Shown piece by piece: positions 57,922 to 64,000 of a DNA stretch of 64,000 bases. The stretch is taken from assembly GCF_009914755.1 (NCBI RefSeq), contig NC_060931.1; one strand, 5' to 3'. The notes beneath the pieces are model-generated. The model was not told where the DNA came from and made no database searches. It saw only the letters and a program-made list of their open reading frames with translations. Position numbers and translations under genes: made by a program. Origin of the DNA: the human T2T-CHM13v2.0 reference genome, Homo sapiens. The first letter of the stretch is position 1. The number at the start of each line of letters is the position of its first letter.

Positions 57922-58271
57922 AAGAAGTAAATTAGTTGATACATCACATATAAAATGCTTAGAATAGTGCCTGGTATATAAGCATTTTCTCTTTTTACTA
58001 AATAATTATCATTATTTTTGGAAAGAGTGGCTTTTATTAATATTAATCTTTGGCTTTTGTGACGCAGCTGAGGTGTTTATCATAAAATGTCATTACTTTG
58101 AATCAGTCTTGGAGGCATGGCAGCCAGTGAAAAGAATGTGAAGAGGGCTCTGGTGTCTGAGAGATGCAAGTATGAATCTCATATCTGCTCAGTTTTAATG
58201 GCAACAGCAGGACCTTGTGCAAGTTAACGCTTTTTTTCAGAAGTCTCAGTGAACTCTCCATAAAATACCTA

Positions 58272-58651
<380 letters not shown>

Positions 58652-58955
58652 CCTCTGGGACACATAGGCAGTCAGTAGATGACAAAATCATGATGAATTT
58701 TGGGTACAGCTTTACTCTTTTCTAGAGGGTATAAACTGAGGAAAATTATTGGAATGCTCAAGAGACTACAAGAGACTACAGTGTCAAAGTATTATCAAGC
58801 CATCTGAGTTCTTTAGTTCTTTCACATGTAATTGATATTTTCATTGTTACCCACTTTTAAAAGCATCACCCCACCAAGAACATTTACAAGGTAACCCTGC
58901 TAGGTTACCTTGCTACCAAATGCAAATAACATGATATAACTAATATATATAATAT

Positions 58956-59253
58956 ATTTTTTGGAGACAGGGTCTCCTTCTGTCACCCACGCTGGATTGC
59001 AGTGGCACAATCATGGCTCACTGCAGTCTTAAACTCCTAAGTTCACGCAGTCCTCCTGCCTCAGCCTTATGAGTAGCTGGGACTACAGGTATGCGCTACT
59101 ATACTTGGCTATTTGAGGCGTGTGTGTGTGTGTGTGGAGATGGGGTCTCACTATGTTTCCTAGGCTAGTCTTGAACTCCTGGGTTCAAGTGATCCTCCTG
59201 CCTCAGCCTCCCAAAGTTCTGGGATCACAGGCATGAGCCACCATGCTCTCCCT
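58956..59253 (-). mobile_element. AluJ with (TG)n in the linker
   Basis: Diverged dimer. Confidence 0.9.
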
Positions 59254-59361
59254 GGAATATAACAACATTTCTAAAAAACCCCTATCTTCTGTTACTTCAG
59301 AACATTCTTAAATTTAGTTTTCCCTTCAATCAATTTAAATTACATAAATTACATTGATTTT

Positions 59362-59747
<386 letters not shown>

Positions 59748-61139
59748 TGACCAGTGGTATGGATTGCTAAGTCACTGTGAGGAGAAGATTTCTGTTTGGT
59801 TGAAGCAAGGTATATATGGGACAAGTCCCTTTTGTTCTCTCCTCTCTTTAAGGAGATCAGGCAACTCTACACATGGCCTCTGCCCCAGGCTTCAAAAAGG
59901 GGCACTCTGACCCTTTCATATCTCCCAGGGGAAGAAGCATAGCTTCTGGAGGTTAAGGATCACCTAAGTCCAGCCCCAGCTGGCTGAGTTATTTACTCCA
60001 TGGCAGCTGGAAAGCCACGAACAACCCTGAACTTCTTGTTTGTAAACTAGGATGAAAGCTGTTTCTACAACAGGAATGTTGTAGGGGAGAAAATGCCTTA
60101 AGAGGTTTGAAAAAGTTTGCTAAAGAGCATCGGATTGTTGCTATTACAATGTGCTGTCATAAGAGGTGACAATCAGTCCCATATTTTTTTCTAATTCATT
60201 TTTCTCTAAAGTGCACTTAGCAATCATTGTAGGTGTGTTCTTTCTCCTCTTCGTGGCTCTGAGTGTTTTGTTCCTGTCACTTTCTGGGGTCAAATATTGA
60301 AAAAGGTAGGGGAAAAAAAAAAGAAAGAAATAGAGCCCTTAATAGAAGACTTCAGTTAAAAACAACCCAAGCAAACTTGCTTATAACATTGCATACAAAA
60401 TTTGACCAAAATGAGAAAACTAGGATTAGGAAGTTTCATCACTTGTCTCTCACTTCATTGTTTTCAGATGGAACTAACTAATCTCCTACCTCTCTCCAAA
60501 GTCCAGAGTGCCTACTTTGTGTCAGCAGACACAGTGGTGGGTGCTGGGAATACAACAGTGAACAAGTCAGTAAGGACCCTGCCTGCATGGGGCTGAAGAG
60601 AAGACAGAGAGGAGAAACACATCATAACAGGCACACGTAGTTAAATGAATAATTGTGATAAGGGATGCAAGAAAAAAATAATAGAACGTTAAAAAATTCA
60701 GCGACTCAGCGAACTCTTTCCTAGCAATTTCCTGATGGGATTTCATAACCCTTGTTCATTCCTGTGATTAACAACTTTCAAAGTTAATAACTGCTTACTT
60801 TTTATTTAATAGCATTTATGCTTTTTATTCTGTTATTTTCAAGAGTGATAAAGGAAAATGGTCCTCTTTTCTTGTTGTAAGAGCCCTTCAAATATCTGTG
60901 ACAGCTTCCAAGTAAGATTGGTGGATATGCTTAAAACATAATGCATACCATTCATATAGCCTCAGGTTTTTTGCTTTAAATTTGTATCAAAAATATTGCT
61001 GAATTTTTAGAGATGAATGGCCTATACTTTACCTACAAAGTATTAGCAATCATTCTGACAAAATCAAAGCATTTTCAGAATTCCTAATCAAAATGATCTA
61101 ATAGAAGCCCTGAGAAAAAGAGAGCTATTCATCAATGAC

Positions 61140-62277
61140 AAAACATCACACTACCAACAGCAATGGAAACAACAAAATTAAAAAGGCAATGTACAGAATG
61201 GGAGAAAATATTTGCACACCATACATTTGAGAAAGGGTTCATATCCAAACTATTTAAGTAACTCCTATAACTTAACAGCAGAAACCCAAATAGCCCAACT
61301 TAAAAATGAAAAAAGAAACTGAATAGACATTGCTCAAAAGACATACAAATAAATGGCCAACACATAAATGAAAAGGTGCTCAACATCACTAATCTTCAGG
61401 GAAATGCAAATCAAAACCACAATGAGATATCATCTCACACCTGTTGGGACGACTATTATTTAAAATGAACAAACAAACAAAACAAGAGATAGCAAGTACT
61501 GGCAAGGATGTGGAGAAAAAAGAACTCTTGTATACTATTGGTAGAAATGTAATTAGGTGCAGCCACTATGAAAAATAGTATGGAGGCTTCTGTAAAAATA
61601 AAATATGGAACTCCAAAGGATTCAGCAATCTCACTTCTGGGTATACAACCAAAAAAATTGAAATCAGGATCTCAAAGAGATATCTGCTCTCCCATGTTCA
61701 TTGCAGCATTATTCATTGAAAGCAACCTAAATGTTCATTGAGAGATGAATGGATGAAGAAAATGCATAATATACATACAATAGAATATTATTCAGCCTTA
61801 AAAAAACAAATTTCTGGCTTAATAGTAAAATAAGCCAGTCACAGTACATAATAACACATGATACCACTTATATGAGGAATCTAAAAGAGTTAAACTCATA
61901 GAAGCAGAGAGTAGAACAGTCACTGCTAGGGGCTGGGAGAAGAGAACATGAAGCGGTATTATTCACAGGGCACAAAGTCTAAGTTATTCAAGATATAGAA
62001 GTTCTAGGGACCTATTATACAGCAGAATGCCTATAGTTAGCAATATAGTACACTTTAAGAAATTGCAAAGAGGGTAGCTCTTGTGTTAAATATTTTTATC
62101 ATAAAATATTAATAATAATAAAGAGGGCAGGAGGAAACTTTCGTAGGTGATGAACAGGTTTATGCTATAGATTGCAATGATCGTTTCACAGCTATTTACC
62201 TCCAAATTCATCAAGTTGTGTACATTAAATATGTACAGCTTGCCTGTCAATCATGTCTCAACAAAGTGCTTTAAAAA
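61140..62277 (+). mobile_element. L1MA/MB-type 3' fragment
   Basis: ORF2 end (gaaatgcaaatcaaaaccacaatgagata) and a 3' UTR resembling that of the L1 at 1-2878. Confidence 0.9.
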
Positions 62278-62311
62278 TATCACACCACCACATGAGAAAT
62301 AATGGCTTGTG

Positions 62312-62317
62312 CATGCA
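62312..62317 (-). promoter_or_regulatory. RBFOX TGCATG motif 15-20 nt into the intron after the 21-nt microexon
   Basis: catgca on + at 62312-62317. Confidence 0.65.
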
Positions 62318-62331
62318 GAAATATTAATTAC

Positions 62332-62352
62332 CTGTTTCCTTTTCTGCTGGGC
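62332..62352 (-). CDS. CADPS2: CADPS2 21-nt microexon, phase 1-1 ((G)PAEKET)
   Basis: tcctaaattctcttttcttatgttttag|GCCCAGCAGAAAAGGAAACAG|gtaatt. Branch-like CCTAA, strong tract, open in phase 1, TGCATG just downstream. Confidence 0.82.
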
Positions 62353-64000
62353 CTAAAACATAAGAAAAGAGAATTTAGGAGAAAAGCAAACTCTACCCTT
62401 GTCGTTCATATAATGTAAAAGGCCACTTTCTAACTTAAGTTTGATTTGGTTCTTAGTCTAGTCCTGAGGATAAAACATAAATACTTTTTTTTTCTTTTTT
62501 AAGAAAAAAGTAGGGGGAGAGGGAGATGATGAAAAACATGGAAGTTTTTCTCACCTAATGAGCAAGCATTTTGTTGTTGCTATTTTTTAAAGAAGACTGC
62601 TCAGCATTCCTACCACAGTGGGTTGCTAGGATCCATTTTCCAGAATATTCTTCCATTAGACCAGAGATAAGAGAGAAGTGACTTCAGAAAGGGAAAAGGT
62701 AGGAGAGTTTCCCGCTCACTGTCCATTGGGTACTACCATAGGCTCTTGTCTAACAGAGACTTGTTTTTATGTGTACAATAAAAAGGTTCTTTATCCATTT
62801 AAAATGGATTCTATGGCTATAAAATACAAAGATAAAGTGCACTGCATATATCTTTTCTGTATCCGTGGACAAGTTAATAGTCAAAAATATTAACTCAGTT
62901 GAGAGCAAAATGATTCTTACAGGTTTTTTTGGGTAGAGTACATAACATTTACATAAAACAATATGGTGTTTATTCAAGTTCCCCACAACTTTTATCTTTG
63001 CCAGATCTGAAAGGCTTTAATATGTCTATTTTAATATCATTTCTTCCAATCTGTGTCAGAATACTCAATGCTCCCAAAACATGAAAATTATTTGAATGAG
63101 TATTTAAGACTGAAACCCAATGTGTTTATCTTCCACTTTCCCCGAATGATCAAATGTTCATTGCTTTTGCTTTAACACAACATGATATCATAATTAATGA
63201 AGTTAAAATGGTAACTAAGGAGGTTTCATGTTGTTACTCTCGTGATATAATGTTGGTTGTTATGGTGATGAGATGGCTTTTTTGTTAATCACTCAGGAGG
63301 TTGGTTATCGTATGCTTGTTAGAAAGCTTGACCAGATTTGGAGAGAAGAAAGGAATAATAACACAAACAATTATCATCAATCTTTTTCCCTACCTGAATT
63401 TTGGTAAAACTATACTAATATCAACTGCTTCATAAATCTATGATTCCTTGAGTACCATTTTATATAAAAAGTTACTAAAATTTTATAAAGGATTATTTAC
63501 TTTTATTTTCAGGTAAGAAACTTTTATTTTCAGATAAGTATTTAACATTAACTGCATTTTTTCCCTCTATTAGTTAATCCTGCATGTATTATTATGAAAG
63601 CCAGTTTTATGACAATTTGAGCAAAAAATGTGAGGCCTGTTACTTTTAATTACATAAATTAATGTGTTGAATAAAACTGTTGAATAAAAGCTGATTTTGT
63701 GACTTTGCCACAAATTCCAATCTACTTATTTCTAAACATTTAAAAAATTAGTATCCTTAATGAATAAAGCCTGAAGAAAGAAAAAAAAAAAAAGCACAGT
63801 TCTCTCAAGAGATCTAATCTTTCAAATGCATCAGTACATTGCAAGCAATTAAAAACCGAAGGAAGTTCTATGAGTTTATTTCAGCCCTCAATAATCAACA
63901 AGTTTCTTTTTTGAGTGATACTGCAGAACAGAAAATAAAATTACATAATACTACACTGTTACTGATCAGGAAAGATTTTGCTGCCTATAGTTTAAATGTT

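Overview
This is primate (very probably human) genomic DNA. It is Alu/L1/L2/MIR-rich and lies entirely inside one large minus-strand gene, which I recognise from its translated exons as CADPS2 (CAPS2, Ca2+-dependent secretion activator 2; dense-core-vesicle priming; MUN/MHD1 region). Gene identity and repeat subfamily calls are from memory, not a database search, and repeat boundaries are approximate. Reading GT-AG junctions and phases by hand gives a continuous frame across six larger exons: 42136-42033, 33668-33512, 19549-19408, 14705-14550, 13140-12993 and 5409-5335. In addition there is a 120-nt frame-neutral cassette exon (19282-19163) and up to four frame-neutral microexons that the ORF track cannot show: 21 nt (62352-62332), a candidate 18 nt (50316-50299), 9 nt (40048-40040) and 15 nt (12276-12262). 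Nearly all listed ORFs are repeat-derived or chance ORFs. I see no prokaryotic-type system, CRISPR array, RNA gene or nested gene. The most interesting signals are: a combinatorial microexon/cassette set in the MUN region, several members having RBFOX motifs and frame-breaking alternative acceptors; candidate poison exons; a 60-bp hairpin-bearing direct repeat bracketing one exon; a perfect HNF1 palindrome; locally templated insertion scars; and a young AluYd insertion.
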